Counted from the stretch's first letter, positions 7,960-19,318 are shown. The stretch: 64,000 bases of DNA from an uncultured Chloroflexia bacterium (GCA_963715915.1 CAVQSU010000006.1:50254-114253), one strand, 5' to 3'. Translations and numbers: made by a program. The notes: generated by a model from the sequence alone, not told the origin.

Positions 7960-9723
7960 ATGTGGATTCTAAGAATTAATATGACTGATCAAAGTTATAA
8001 GCTGGAAGCGCTACCAGAAAAATATAAATTATTATATGGTCGCGCGTTAACATCACAAATGGTTTATGATGAGGTTCCACCACTTTGCCATGCTTTGGGA
8101 CCAAATAATAAACTGGTTTTCTCTGCAGGTATGGTAACCGGAACAGCTGCACCAACGTCAGCCCGTATCTCTGTTGGTGGAAAATCTCCATTGACTGGTG
8201 GTATTAAGGAAGCGAATGCAGGAACCGCCTGGGGTCCGGATCTGGCAAAGATGAATATCCGTGCTTTGGTGGTGGAAGGTCTTCCGGAAAAGAAGGATGT
8301 TTATTGGGGGGCTAAGGTCAAGTGGGATGATGCAACTGAAAAACCCGTTGTAGAATTTTTTGATGCAACTGAACATATTGGCAAAGATGTTTATGAAGTT
8401 TATCCGAAGGTTTTTGAAAAATTTGGGGAAAAAGTCTCCATCGCTAGTATGGGCACAGCAGGTGAATTAGGTTATGGCAATTCCGGTATTGTCTTCAATG
8501 ATATGGCAAAACGACCCAGCCGCTATGCAGGTCGAGGAGGTTTGGGAGCTGTACTGGCATCGAAACGACTAAAATTCATCATCCTGGATGCCAAAGGTGC
8601 ACCTGGTATTGATATGGTTGACAAATCCCTGTTTGATGAAGGCCGCAAAAAATTGATTGATGCCATTCGCACTCATCCCATTTCACAACCAAAAGGCGGA
8701 CTCAACAGCTATGGTACAGCTGTTTTGGTCAATATTTTGAATGAAGCTGGTGGGTTACCTACCCGTAACTTCTCGGCTGGTCGCTTTGAAGGAGCTGCTA
8801 AAACCTCAGGTGAGGCCATCTTTGAAACCAACAAAGAACGCATGGGAAAAGAGATTTACAACCATGCTTGTTCACCGGGTTGTATCATCCAGTGTTCAAA
8901 CACTTATTACAACGCAGATAAAACTGAAGCCACATCCTGTATTGAGTATGAATCAACCTGGGCATTAGGTGCCAACCTTGGGGTTGATAACCTTGATGAT
9001 ATTGCTGTTATGGTACAACTTTGCAACGCCTATGGTTTGGACACGATTGAAACCGGTGGAACGCTGGGCGTAGCCATGGAGAGTGGATTGCTTGAATTTG
9101 GTGATAGCAAAGGCGCAATCCAGATGATTCATGAGATGGGAAAAGGAACACCTACCGGACGTACACTGGGTGGTGGAACAGGTGTGACCGGTAAGATTTA
9201 TGGTGTTGAAAGAGTACCTGCGGTAAAAAATCAAGGTATGCCAGCTTACGAACCACGTGCTGTTAAAGGTATTGGCATTACATATGCGACCACAACCATG
9301 GGCGCTGACCATACCGCGGGGTATACGATTTGCCCAGAAATTTTAGGCGTGAGTGGCAAAGTGGATCCATTGAGCCCTGAAGGAAAAGCTGCTCTCAGCC
9401 GTGCCTTCCAGGCGACTACCGCTTTCATTGATTCCTGTGGCCATTGTCTTTTCATCGCCTTCCCGATTCTGGACATCGCCAGTGGATTTGAAGGTGTGAT
9501 CCAGGAGTGCAATGGGGTTCTGGGAACCAACTGGAATGCGGATGATATTGTTGCTTATGGGGCTGAAACGCTCAAAGTTGAACGAAAATTCAATGAGGCT
9601 GCTGGTATCACCAAAGAAGCCGATCGTATTCCGGAATTTATGAAACTGGAACCATTACCCCCGCACAATCAGATCTTTGATATCCCTGATGAAGCATTGG
9701 ATTCAGTTTATAAAGACCTGTAA
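7960..9723 (+). CDS. aor: Aldehyde:ferredoxin oxidoreductase (tungstopterin AOR family)
   Basis: A full-length AOR-family sequence. The N-terminal domain reads ILRINMTDQS...GGKSPLTGG, and the C-terminal domain has the GMPAYEPR and ATTTMGADHT motifs. The RBS is GAAAGGAGA. Confidence 0.9.
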   Translation: MWILRINMTDQSYKLEALPEKYKLLYGRALTSQMVYDEVPPLCHALGPNNKLVFSAGMVTGTAAPTSARISVGGKSPLTGGIKEANAGTAWGPDLAKMNIRALVVEGLPEKKDVYWGAKVKWDDATEKPVVEFFDATEHIGKDVYEVYPKVFEKFGEKVSIASMGTAGELGYGNSGIVFNDMAKRPSRYAGRGGLGAVLASKRLKFIILDAKGAPGIDMVDKSLFDEGRKKLIDAIRTHPISQPKGGLNSYGTAVLVNILNEAGGLPTRNFSAGRFEGAAKTSGEAIFETNKERMGKEIYNHACSPGCIIQCSNTYYNADKTEATSCIEYESTWALGANLGVDNLDDIAVMVQLCNAYGLDTIETGGTLGVAMESGLLEFGDSKGAIQMIHEMGKGTPTGRTLGGGTGVTGKIYGVERVPAVKNQGMPAYEPRAVKGIGITYATTTMGADHTAGYTICPEILGVSGKVDPLSPEGKAALSRAFQATTAFIDSCGHCLFIAFPILDIASGFEGVIQECNGVLGTNWNADDIVAYGAETLKVERKFNEAAGITKEADRIPEFMKLEPLPPHNQIFDIPDEALDSVYKDL

Positions 9724-9748
9724 CAATACAAACTAAATTGTACTGAAT

Positions 9749-9787
9749 GGATGATTTTTGTCAGATTAACACTGATAAAAATCATCC
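9749..9787 (+). terminator. Strong hairpin immediately downstream of aor
   Basis: A 16-bp stem GGATGATTTTTGTCAG / CTGATAAAAATCATCC (one G-T pair) with a 7-nt loop, followed by CATTTCT. Confidence 0.5.
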
Positions 9788-9826
9788 CATTTCTAATTAA
9801 TATCCTGATACAATCTTAATATATTT

Positions 9827-9855
9827 GGGTGGGTTCAGAACGCCCACCCATTTTA
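9827..9855 (+). terminator. Second GC-rich hairpin before the maturase gene
   Basis: GGGTGGG-ttcagaacg-CCCACCC followed by ATTTTAT. Confidence 0.5.
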
Positions 9856-9879
9856 TAAGATTCAATCTAGGGAAAAATA

Positions 9880-11067
9880 ATGGCAAAAATCAAGCCAAAC
9901 GAACAGGGTCAAATTCAAATTCCGCCAGCCTTCTATCAAAGGCGTCGCTTAGATCCGCAGACGGATTTCTGGCTGGACGAGCGAGAAGGTGATTTGATAT
10001 TACACCCCAGATTACCGGATGCAAAAAAACTATACATCGAAGTCACCACATCGTGTAATCTCAACTGTCAGACCTGCATTCGCCACTCGTGGACGGATCC
10101 ACATGCACATATGCAGCCATCCACCTTTCAACGAATTCTGGATAGTCTCGATGATCTTCCTTCACTGGAGAGAGTTATTTTCACCAGTTTTGGAGAACCG
10201 TTGATGAATCGAAATTTACTCAATATGATCGAGGAAATTCGATCACGAGATCTGGCAGTGATCCTGGGAACGAATGGGGTGCTATTGACTGAGAATGTGG
10301 TGCGTGAACTTATCCGTTTACGCGTGGATCAGGTGGTGGTTTCGATCGATGGGGGTAAACCTGAAACATATGAAGGTGTGCGTGGCACCCAGTTATCACT
10401 CATCCTGGAGAATGTGAACCGTTTCAATCAGATAAAGAAAGAATTGGGTGTTGTCAAACCAACATTGGCGATTGAATTTGTTGCCATGCAAAGCAATCAG
10501 GGTGAATTAAATGATTTATTGGAACTGGCTTCTGAATTGAACGCATCCCGGTTGGTTGTATCTCATGTTTTGCCATATACCAAAGAAATGGAAGCTGAAA
10601 AACTATATGGATATGGTCCCCGTGAACCCTTCAAGACGGGTAGTTGGCCAATTAAGTCAGATGTATGGGTGCGCTGGGGTTTTCTCGAATTACCACGTAT
10701 GTTCTGGGGTGCGGAGCGCCGTTGTAAATTTGTGCAGGAAAAATCAATTGTGGTTGGTTGGGATGGAAATATTTCTCCCTGTTATGCATTTTCTCATAGT
10801 TATAAATATTATGCGATTGATGGCGTTGAGAAGAATATTGAGCGTTATATACTGGGGAATGTCAATGAACAATCGCTCGCTGAGATCTGGATGAGTGAAG
10901 AGTTCACCCGGTTTCGCAGCAGTGTCAGATCATTTCATTTTCCTTCCTGCCCGGATTGTGATCTGCGAGAAACATGTGATTTGCGAAAGAATAATGAAGG
11001 CTGTTGGGGGCATAATCCTTCCTGTGCTGATTGTTTATGGGCACAGGATATTGTGCGGTGTCCGTGA
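9880..11067 (+). CDS. Radical SAM/SPASM protein, tungsten-cofactor oxidoreductase maturase type
   Basis: Contains the CxxxCxxC motif (CNLNCQTC) and a Cys-rich SPASM-like C-terminus (CPDCDLRETC...CADCLWAQDIVRCP). Its position next to aor matches the described AOR-associated rSAM maturase family. Confidence 0.82.
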   Translation: MAKIKPNEQGQIQIPPAFYQRRRLDPQTDFWLDEREGDLILHPRLPDAKKLYIEVTTSCNLNCQTCIRHSWTDPHAHMQPSTFQRILDSLDDLPSLERVIFTSFGEPLMNRNLLNMIEEIRSRDLAVILGTNGVLLTENVVRELIRLRVDQVVVSIDGGKPETYEGVRGTQLSLILENVNRFNQIKKELGVVKPTLAIEFVAMQSNQGELNDLLELASELNASRLVVSHVLPYTKEMEAEKLYGYGPREPFKTGSWPIKSDVWVRWGFLELPRMFWGAERRCKFVQEKSIVVGWDGNISPCYAFSHSYKYYAIDGVEKNIERYILGNVNEQSLAEIWMSEEFTRFRSSVRSFHFPSCPDCDLRETCDLRKNNEGCWGHNPSCADCLWAQDIVRCP

Positions 11068-11070
11068 CCA

Positions 11071-11316
11071 ATGATTATTAAAGTTCGATTATTTGCTACT
11101 TTGAGAAAATACGTGCCAGATGTAGGTTTGGGGCAAACCAAGGAAATTCAAGTTGGAGATGGTTTGTCCATTGCTCAACTGTACGAATTTCTTGGAATTC
11201 CTGCCGAGGAAATTAAGTTAGCTTATGTCAATGGCATTTTTTATGAACCGGATTATGTATTGAATGATGGGGATGAGGTAGGCATATTCCCCCCAATCGG
11301 CGGAGGAAAAGAATAA
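11071..11316 (+). CDS. moaD: MoaD/ThiS-family sulfur-carrier protein with a C-terminal extension after the Gly-Gly
   Basis: An 81-aa beta-grasp type protein. It ends ...DEVGIFPPIGGGKE, so the MoaD-like PPxGG is followed by 2-3 extra residues. Confidence 0.72.
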   Translation: MIIKVRLFATLRKYVPDVGLGQTKEIQVGDGLSIAQLYEFLGIPAEEIKLAYVNGIFYEPDYVLNDGDEVGIFPPIGGGKE

Positions 11317-11317
11317 T

Positions 11318-11686
11318 ATGAAAATTGATGTCTGGTTATATGGGGTTTTATCATTGTATGCAAGCGAAAAAGCTGAAAAAGGATTTGCCAGCGTTCAATT
11401 AGAACTGCCTGAAGGCACAACCGTTGGGGATTTATTGAAAGCCCTGAAAATGCCTACCGAAGAACGTGGAATTACTTTTGTCAATGGGAATTTGAGTGCC
11501 TTGCCTGGACTGCAACCGGATCTGGATCAGTTGCTCAACGAAGGTGATCGAATATCCTTTTTTGATCACCGCAGCATGTGGCCATTTCAATACCGGCATG
11601 GCGCAGCTATGGCTTCTGGACTCAATCAAGTTTTAAATTCAGATCCCGAAGCTGTGATGCATCACAAACAAAAATCAGCGGAATAA
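11318..11686 (+). CDS. MoaD/ThiS-like beta-grasp protein lacking a terminal Gly-Gly, with a C-terminal extension
   Basis: The N-terminal ~80 aa resemble ThiS/MoaD (TVGDLLKAL...VNGNL...LNEGDRISFF). There is no GG terminus and a ~40-aa tail. It is translationally coupled to the previous gene with a 1-nt gap. Confidence 0.5.
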   Translation: MKIDVWLYGVLSLYASEKAEKGFASVQLELPEGTTVGDLLKALKMPTEERGITFVNGNLSALPGLQPDLDQLLNEGDRISFFDHRSMWPFQYRHGAAMASGLNQVLNSDPEAVMHHKQKSAE

Positions 11687-11692
11687 CAATGA

Positions 11693-12697
11693 TCAATCCT
11701 GACTGTTCTTATGAAACCAATCCATCGCATCGCGGATGGCATCATCGGCAGTGAACAGATAAGTAAATTGTAAATCCCGAATGCTTTTTAGGTTACTGAC
11801 ATAAAAACCGTAGCCTGCATATCGCATTAATTCCACAGGAACAGGCAAATCTATTATGGATCTGAGTAGTTGAAGCGGTTTTACCAACGGTCGCACTATT
11901 TTTCCTGATAAAGTAATTTTAGGGATGGGAACATGCGCGAAGTTAGAAAATTTCTGAAACATGGTTTTGAATGTCATGTTCTCCCTGGCAAGAATATAGC
12001 GCTCTCCCTGTTTGCCATGTTCCAAGGCAGCTAAATGGCCACTAACGACATCCTGAATGTGAACAATATTCACACCCCCTGTGGGGATGAACGGTATTTG
12101 ATTTTTCGAAAAGCGCATAAGGGGTGAATCTTCAATTCTATAAATATCACCTGGACCGACAACATAGGACGGATTGGTGATGACCACATCCAATCCTTGT
12201 GCCACAGCTTTTTGAATTTCCATCTCAGCCAGATATTTGGCGTACCCATATGGCCAGTAATCCCCACGGATGTTGAACGTGGAATTTTCAGTTAGGATCG
12301 GGGATCGTTCTGGTGGATTCAATTCGCTGGGTGAAGAAGGAACCCCTAAAGCAGCAATGGAACTGGTATGAACCAGGCGTTGGACCCCGTGTTTTAAAGC
12401 AGCATCCATGACAAATCGTGTGCCTTTAACTGTGATGGCAAAATGCTCTGCAGGTTGGTTTGTATTACCTAAGAGGGCAGCGGTGTGAAAAACCACATCA
12501 ATCCCCTGCATCGCAGATTCCAGGCTCGCTGGTTGAGTAAGATCTCCAATGGCGTGCTCAACAGGTAAATCTTTGATTAATGTAAGCTTGCTGGTGGAGC
12601 GGTGAAATGCACGCACCGAGAAACCTTTTTCGATCAATGCGGCGCAAAGTGCGCCGCCGATAAACCCCGTGGAACCGGTGACAAGTGCCTGTGTCAT
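11693..12697 (-). CDS. NAD(P)-dependent epimerase/dehydratase-family SDR
   Basis: Has the N-terminal Rossmann motif [12 protein letters not shown] and an extended-SDR YxxxK (YGYAKYLAE). Confidence 0.75.
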   Translation of the reverse strand: MTQALVTGSTGFIGGALCAALIEKGFSVRAFHRSTSKLTLIKDLPVEHAIGDLTQPASLESAMQGIDVVFHTAALLGNTNQPAEHFAITVKGTRFVMDAALKHGVQRLVHTSSIAALGVPSSPSELNPPERSPILTENSTFNIRGDYWPYGYAKYLAEMEIQKAVAQGLDVVITNPSYVVGPGDIYRIEDSPLMRFSKNQIPFIPTGGVNIVHIQDVVSGHLAALEHGKQGERYILARENMTFKTMFQKFSNFAHVPIPKITLSGKIVRPLVKPLQLLRSIIDLPVPVELMRYAGYGFYVSNLKSIRDLQFTYLFTADDAIRDAMDWFHKNSQD

Positions 12698-13911
12698 GGG
12701 ATTGACTCAATTATCGTAGCTTCTCCCTGTCCAACGCCAACACACAGTGTAGCCAAACCATAAAGAGAATTTTGTTCAGAAACTGTCATGCGTTTCATTT
12801 CATGCAGCAAGGTAGTAAAAATTCTGGCACCGGAACAACCCAGGGGATGCCCCAGAGCGATGGCGCCACCATTGACATTCACGATCTCTGGATTGAGACC
12901 TAATTCCTGCATAACAGCCAATGATTGAGCTGCAAAGGCTTCGTTTAATTCAATTAGTTTAATATCATCCAGCGATAAACCGGCTCGTTGCAGCAATTTA
13001 AGGGTGGCAGGTACCGGTCCGATGCCCATGATGCGCGGTGGTACGCCTGCAGCAGCACTACCTACCCAACGAGCTACCGGTTTCAATCCTAATTCTATTG
13101 CTCGTTTTTCACTCATCAATAACACCGCGGCTGCACCATCGTTCATTCCGGAGGAGTTGCCAGCGGTAACACTACCTTCTTTCTTAAAAGCTGGTTTCAA
13201 GGATGCTAATTTTTCCAGGGTAGTGTCCCGGCGAGGTCTTTCATCCTGTGAAACCAACGTTGGCTCTCCTTTACGTTGAGGGATTACCACCGGCGCGATT
13301 TCGACAGCAAACTTGCCGTTATCCATGGCTGCAACAGCCCGTTGGTTACTTTTCAGTGCGAATTCATCCTGTCGTTCACGTGAAATTTGGTATTGCTCTG
13401 CTAAGTTCTCTGCGGTGATACCCATTGGGTCAATACCATACCTGGCTTCGAATTTCGGATTGGGGTAACGCCATCCGATGGCTGTATCGTAAGCAGTCAG
13501 ATTACCATACGGAAACGCATTTTCAGCTTTCGGTAATGAATAGGGTGCCCGAGACATACTTTCGACACCTCCTGCGATAAAAACGTCGCCTTCGCCACAG
13601 CGGATGGCTCTGGCTGCCATGTTTATGGCATTCAATCCGGAAGCGCACAGACGATTAATGGTCACTGCGGAGACTTCCAAGGGAAAGCCTGCCAGCAAAG
13701 ATGCCATTCTGGCAACATTGCGGTTATCTTCGCCTGCCTGGTTGGCGCAACCCAGATAAACTTCCTCGATAATGGACGAGTCGATTTGCGTTCGTTGAAC
13801 CAGACTGGTAAGAATATGTGCAGCCAGATCATCCGGACGAACTTTGGATAGCACACCACCTAAGGACCCAATCGGTGTACGAACAGCATCAATGATTACT
13901 ACTTCCTGCAT
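12694..13911 (-). CDS. Acetyl-CoA C-acetyltransferase (thiolase II)
   Basis: Carries the thiolase signatures: active-site Cys context [11 protein letters not shown], then [26 protein letters not shown] and CVGVGQG. Confidence 0.92.
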   Translation of the reverse strand: MQEVVIIDAVRTPIGSLGGVLSKVRPDDLAAHILTSLVQRTQIDSSIIEEVYLGCANQAGEDNRNVARMASLLAGFPLEVSAVTINRLCASGLNAINMAARAIRCGEGDVFIAGGVESMSRAPYSLPKAENAFPYGNLTAYDTAIGWRYPNPKFEARYGIDPMGITAENLAEQYQISRERQDEFALKSNQRAVAAMDNGKFAVEIAPVVIPQRKGEPTLVSQDERPRRDTTLEKLASLKPAFKKEGSVTAGNSSGMNDGAAAVLLMSEKRAIELGLKPVARWVGSAAAGVPPRIMGIGPVPATLKLLQRAGLSLDDIKLIELNEAFAAQSLAVMQELGLNPEIVNVNGGAIALGHPLGCSGARIFTTLLHEMKRMTVSEQNSLYGLATLCVGVGQGEATIIESIP

Positions 13912-13997
13912 ATTACCTCCATAGGAGTTAAATTCAGCAATAAACGTTAGTACGCGAAGATCAATTTCATTCTACTATGAAAATATTATCATTATCC

Positions 13998-16156
13998 TCA
14001 CAGGAATAGGTTCAATTTATGAGATAGTGAATGATCGATTTCCTGGTTTTTTTCAGTTTGGTTGACGATTATCTTTTCAGAATCCAGGTTAATGATCGAG
14101 CTTATAGACTGAATATGGAGTGACTCTTCAGCATGAACAATTTCTACTTCTGTGCTGCCAAAGAAGCTCCAAAATACTGCCTGGGAATTGTGAGTTGTCA
14201 GCTGTATCGACATTGCAGGTTGTTTATGTCCATAATAATGTGAGACCCAACCGCGGGAGCTAGATTCGTCAGCACTGAGAACATCGATTGGTGTGTTGTT
14301 TGTCAATAATCCGAAGCGAGCGAATAATGTACTTGATTTATATTGGAGTTGAAGTGAATTATTCCGCTTTACTCAATTGTTGAAAATCATTATCCAGTAA
14401 CCAATTTAGCCGGTATTCATGCTCTGTACAGACCTTTGACATGATCAACCACGAACCAATTTGAGTTATCCAGAAGTAAAACTGTCCGCTTATGAATAAC
14501 AGGGTCTTTCAGCCTGGCATACCCATTATGCTGACCTTGCCAGAATATGAGCCCTTTTTTGTATTCGAATGCAAGGATATCTCCCTGCGACCAATCCACC
14601 CAGATAAAACGGCTGAACTTCTCCATCTGATCCTGTTGATCGACTGTGACAGTGTTATGAACCTGGGTGCTGGCGAGTCCATTGCGCCAATGACCTTCGC
14701 CACCATACAGAAAAGTTCCTGCATCCAGAGCGATATTTTTTCCCTGCCACCAGATATCCATATGGTTCTGATCGGCATGCGTAGGGCGATCGCTGATAGG
14801 TCCACATCGAATAAATGCCCGGGTATTTTCTCCGCTGATTTTGGTAATGCCCCCATCCAAAAATAGCTCATCTGTGGGTTGTGATTTGGTTTCAATCGCA
14901 GAATCCAGGGCTTCTTTGCCATAAAACCAGAAAAGATCCTCATCCCATCCGCCTGGTGGGAATATCCTTTCTTTATGGATGGAATAATAACCAAGCTGGA
15001 TCAATGGGCGATAATCATTATAATCACAGCTGTTCAATGGTAATACCAGCGCTCCATCATTGGAACCATATTGTGGGACCTGACCGGTTTGGGGGTCAAT
15101 TAATGCATATAGAAATTCAATCGATCGTTCGATTGCCTGATAAACCGAGGGGGACAATTTTTGATTGTTCACTTCAGTAATCCGCATTGCAAATAGATAA
15201 ATATGCAGGATAAAGCGGTGATAATTAAGGGAGTGCATGTCGTAACTACCATCCGGGTAAATCTGTTTGGAAGCTTCTTTCTCCAGAATTTGTTGACCAA
15301 GTTTGCGATATTTTTTTGCATTTTTTAATTCGGGGAAAAGCATCCCAGCCAGCCAGACGCCAAAACTCTCGCTGATGGTATGGTTACTGCGTGTGTATAT
15401 CGCATAGCCCAGGTTCATATAGATGCGTTCTGCCAGAGCAGCCGCCAGAATGGTAAATTGAGTAACTCTTTCAGGGGTTGTCTGTGAATGATCTTGAAAA
15501 GCATAGTACCCGAAACACAAAGCCATCAATCGCAGTGTAGCTTCCTGACCACATTTCCAGTTTGGACCCATACCAGGTGGATTTTCCTGCATCCAATCTT
15601 CCATGATCTGCCAGAATGCTACCGGGTAATGTTCATCCTGCGTACGAGCGTATGACCGAACCAGCGTATAAATTTGTGAAAGGCGGCTGGCTTCCCAGAT
15701 GTACTTGATATCATACGGACCATCATCTGGAATTTGCGACCAGTGTTTGTCGGTTGATAATCTGATATTTCGGTTCGGATCCAACAACCAATCCGGCGGA
15801 AAACCGGTCTGATAGTCTGTTTTGGAAAAATAACGGGTGATCCCAGCCAGGTAATGATCTGCTTCTTTTACCACCTCGATTTGATCCCAGGAAATTTCCT
15901 GCGGGAGTTTGATGGCATTAAAAATAAACTCAGGCTGATTTTCTTTTCGATAGTTGTAATAGGCTTCCGGTTCGGATGGAATTTGACTTTTAACCCAGTA
16001 TCGTAAAGGGCGATCTTTCCACTCATAGGAAGGGATTTGCCAACGCATGATACCTGTTCGCATACGCACAGCATATCCAATGCGAAATAACAACCAGCGA
16101 GCACCAAAATGGCGATATAAAGATTTTATTGTATTGATCTTACGATTTATTTTCAC
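13998..16156 (-). pseudogene. Heparinase II/III-like (polysaccharide lyase-like) protein, C-terminal part disrupted by two frameshifts
   Basis: The 579-aa ORF 14417..16156 ends ...VVDHVKGLYRA*. The sequence continues in a second frame (TEHEYRLNWLLDNDFQQLSKAE*) and then a third (NSLQLQYKSS...GWVSHYYGHKQPAMSIQL...). The third frame corresponds to ORF 13998..14306, the conserved C-terminal GWxSxxYGxKxPA region of this family. The shifts lie near 14430 and 14360. Confidence 0.62.
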
Positions 16157-17160
16157 GATATTTCGTAAATCCTATCAGAATAATCCACAGGAATGGCAAG
16201 CCGATAATGATGGCAGGTGGAGCAAATGCGTATCCTTGAATCCAGGCGTACGCCAGAACGACACCGAGAGAAGTCAGCAATAAGTAAAGGCTGGTGATCG
16301 ATGATACCTGATAACCACTGATGACCAGACGTTGATATATATGGGTTCGATGCGCCGAAAAAACACGTTCGCGACTGAATAAGCGACGAATAAAGGTGAT
16401 CAATGTATCCAGAATATAAGCCCACATGACGATTACGCCCAATAGAAATGCATCCTGCACTTTGTTGACGGATAAAAGCGGCAGAACGGCAAAACAATAC
16501 CCCAGAAAGGTACTGGCAACATCCCCCATGAAGATACGGGCGGGTGACCAATTATGACCCAAAAAGCCCAGGTTCGTAGCAGCAATTGCCAGTGCAATCC
16601 AGAAGATTAGGCTGGAAAATTGTCCGTTTACTCCCGAGAAAGAGCATCCAGCCCAGGGCTGCTGTCAGCGCGACACTGCCAGATATGCCATCGATCCCGT
16701 CCATAAAATTATAAGCATTGATCAATCCCATAATCCACAGCAATGTAATGGGTATGCCGATAAGACCCAGATGAAGTTCACCCAGAAGTGGGATCGTAAC
16801 CGAATCGAAATATCCCAGACCCAGAATGGTGGCAAGTGCTGCCAGTCCCTGCAATAGAAAACGAACTTTGGGAGAAAGCGATTTTAAATCATCCTGCCAG
16901 CCGATCCAGGCCACACCGCAACCGACGATGACAAAGACCAGGCCTTCCTTCCAGCTTTGTGACAGGACCATGCTGACCAGGGCGATCGTAAGCGTGATCA
17001 TCACGATTACCAGACCCCCTCCGCGTGGTGTGGGAACAGAATGAGAACTGCGTTCGTTCGGAAGATCAATTACCCGGCGTTTCATCAACCAATTGCGAAC
17101 GAATTCAACACCCAGGTAGGCAATTACGGTCAGAACGAAGAAGGCAATCAATTCTTTCAT
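16140..17160 (-). pseudogene. Glycosyltransferase family 4 (MraY/WecA-like polyprenyl-phosphate sugar-1-P transferase), one frameshift near 16635
   Basis: ORF 16552..17160 carries NAYNFMDGIDGISG. After ...GWMLFLG the conserved continuation VNGQFSSLIFWIALAIAATNLGFLGHNWSPARIFMGDVAST is in another frame and joins ORF 16140..16562. Confidence 0.78.
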
Positions 17161-18033
17161 ACTGTTTTGCTTATAAATGGTTTAATTTCTGTCCGGATCC
17201 CATCGTCAAACGAACGTGGTTGATAATTAAAATCAATTCTGGCTTCTTCATAGGAAAAATCCTTGTTTTCATTTAATCGTTTCACCTGTTCAGCTTTAAT
17301 TGGGAAAGGTATTTTCATTTTTTCCAACAATCTCAAAAATTTTACAACGATTTTATCCGGTAGATAGAGTTTGTAGATTTTACGATCCATGATGGTTGCA
17401 ATGCTGTCAATGACTTCATTATATGTAAGAGCTTTTTTTCCGGCAATATTGTAACTTTTACCAATCGTTTTGGGCTGGTCCAGACATTGGAGGATGGCAT
17501 TCGCTACATCTTCTACATAGACTGGCTGTTGCAAATAATTTCCTTTTCCAAAGATTGGGATCAGCGGAAATCGTCGCAACAGACGTATCAATCGGATACA
17601 TATTACGATCGCGCTGGCTACCGTAGATCATGGTGGGACGCAGAATTGTGTAATTGAGATCACTATTCTGAATGGCTGCTTCTGCTGCCAGCCGGGTACG
17701 CTTGCTCTGGCTGTTCAATTTCGTAAAAATAGCGGTTGTGCTGATAAAAATGGCGCGTTGAATTCCGGCTGCCTGGGCAGATTTGACAATATTCTCGGCA
17801 TGGCCAAATCCCAGGGAAGCGATATTAACCAGCATATCACATCCTTGCATGGCTTCGGTTAATTTCTGCTGGTTTTCAAGGTTTCCCAGGTGCCAGTGGA
17901 TTTCCGTTTGTGGCAATACGCTCCGATCACTACTTTCGCGATACAAACAATGTACTTCCCATCCTCTTGCTAACAAAAGTGGAACGGTTCGGCTGCCGGT
18001 AAATCCGGTTGCGCCTGTTACGAATACTTTCAT
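17157..18033 (-). pseudogene. NAD-dependent epimerase/dehydratase, one frameshift near 17597
   Basis: The N-terminus reads VTGATGFTGS. After ...TMIYGSQRDRNM the conserved continuation IRLIRLLRRFPLIPIFGKGNYLQQPVYVEDVA is in another frame (ORF 17157..17591). Confidence 0.72.
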
Positions 18034-19250
18034 GCTTTCCTCAATTGCAGGAATAGATCACGCGTTTTCTCCAGCATGACCTGCCGATCCAGATGTTTTT
18101 CCAGATATGAACGGGCATTGCTTCCCATCTTTTTGACCTGATCAGGTTGAGAAGATAAAGTAAAAACAGTGTCTGCTAATTGTTGATCGTCACCTGGAGC
18201 AACGTATACCCCTCCCTGACTTTCTTCGATGACCTGACGAATGACCCCGTCAATCACCAGAATGGTGGGTTTACCAGCCGCCATATAATCAAAAACCTTG
18301 TTGGGGTAGGTAGTACGGAACATAGGGATATCCTGTAAAATGGCCAAACAGACATTCGCTGCTGCGATGATAGCAGGAATTTGATGCTTGGGTCTGACAC
18401 CGGCAAAGAGCAGATTATTTAGACCTAACTTTTGCGCCTCAGCCTGTAGTTTTGGGCGTTCTTTCCCATCTCCAAATAATACAAATTGAATATCTTTCTT
18501 GTCCTTAAGATGGCTGGCTGCACGCAAGATGGTGTAAATATCGTTTGCCTGGCCGAGTGCTCCCGTATAGAGCACCAGAAATTTGTCCTGCAGGTTGAGT
18601 TTCTCTCGCAGATGGCTGCCATCCAATTCTGGATGGAACATCTGGATATCTGCGCCATAAGGGATAAACGTAATTTTATTCGCAGGAATACCTTTTTCTT
18701 CAATATAGGTTTTATAAGCTGGTGAATTGACAAGTATGTGGGTGGCACGCCGGTATAAAAACATTTCCAACATGCGTGCCAGTTTGATCAGGATTGGATT
18801 GTTGAAAACACCCATACTGACAATGAACTCGGGCCACAGATCGCGCACTTCCAATAAGAATGGTTTGCGACGCAGGAAAGCTACCAACCATGCGGAAAAT
18901 GCCTGAAAAATCGGTGGGGTGGTACCCATAATGATATCAACATCCTTCACCCGCATGGCAGCAATGAATGAACTGAACATGAAACTGAAGAAGGATACGA
19001 TACGCCAGAAATAACTGCGATGAATAGCGGGGTAGATATATGTACGGTAGATACTCACCCCTTCAACCACCTGTTTTGTAACCAATCCCTTATGATCAAC
19101 CGTGCGTTGACCGGTTTGATAATTTAAGTCCGATGCGACGATGACCAATTCGTCTCCGTACTTTTGTAAGTATTTTGCCATTTCATAATGCCGGGTGTGT
19201 CCCGGTTCATCTGGGGAGACAAATACCTGGTTAATTAACAGGATTTTCAT
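18030..19250 (-). CDS. Glycosyltransferase family 4 (WbuB-like)
   Basis: GT4 architecture: the N-terminus reads ILLINQVFVSPDEPGHTRHYE, and the C-terminal domain has an EX7E-type region (YPNKVFDYMAAGKP). It overlaps the next gene by 4 nt. Confidence 0.85.
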   Translation of the reverse strand: MKILLINQVFVSPDEPGHTRHYEMAKYLQKYGDELVIVASDLNYQTGQRTVDHKGLVTKQVVEGVSIYRTYIYPAIHRSYFWRIVSFFSFMFSSFIAAMRVKDVDIIMGTTPPIFQAFSAWLVAFLRRKPFLLEVRDLWPEFIVSMGVFNNPILIKLARMLEMFLYRRATHILVNSPAYKTYIEEKGIPANKITFIPYGADIQMFHPELDGSHLREKLNLQDKFLVLYTGALGQANDIYTILRAASHLKDKKDIQFVLFGDGKERPKLQAEAQKLGLNNLLFAGVRPKHQIPAIIAAANVCLAILQDIPMFRTTYPNKVFDYMAAGKPTILVIDGVIRQVIEESQGGVYVAPGDDQQLADTVFTLSSQPDQVKKMGSNARSYLEKHLDRQVMLEKTRDLFLQLRKA

Positions 19251-19318
19251 ATCGATTATTTTACCATCCAGAAAGAAATCTCAGCCTGCTTTTGCGTGGT
19301 TCATGTAAAATTACTTCT

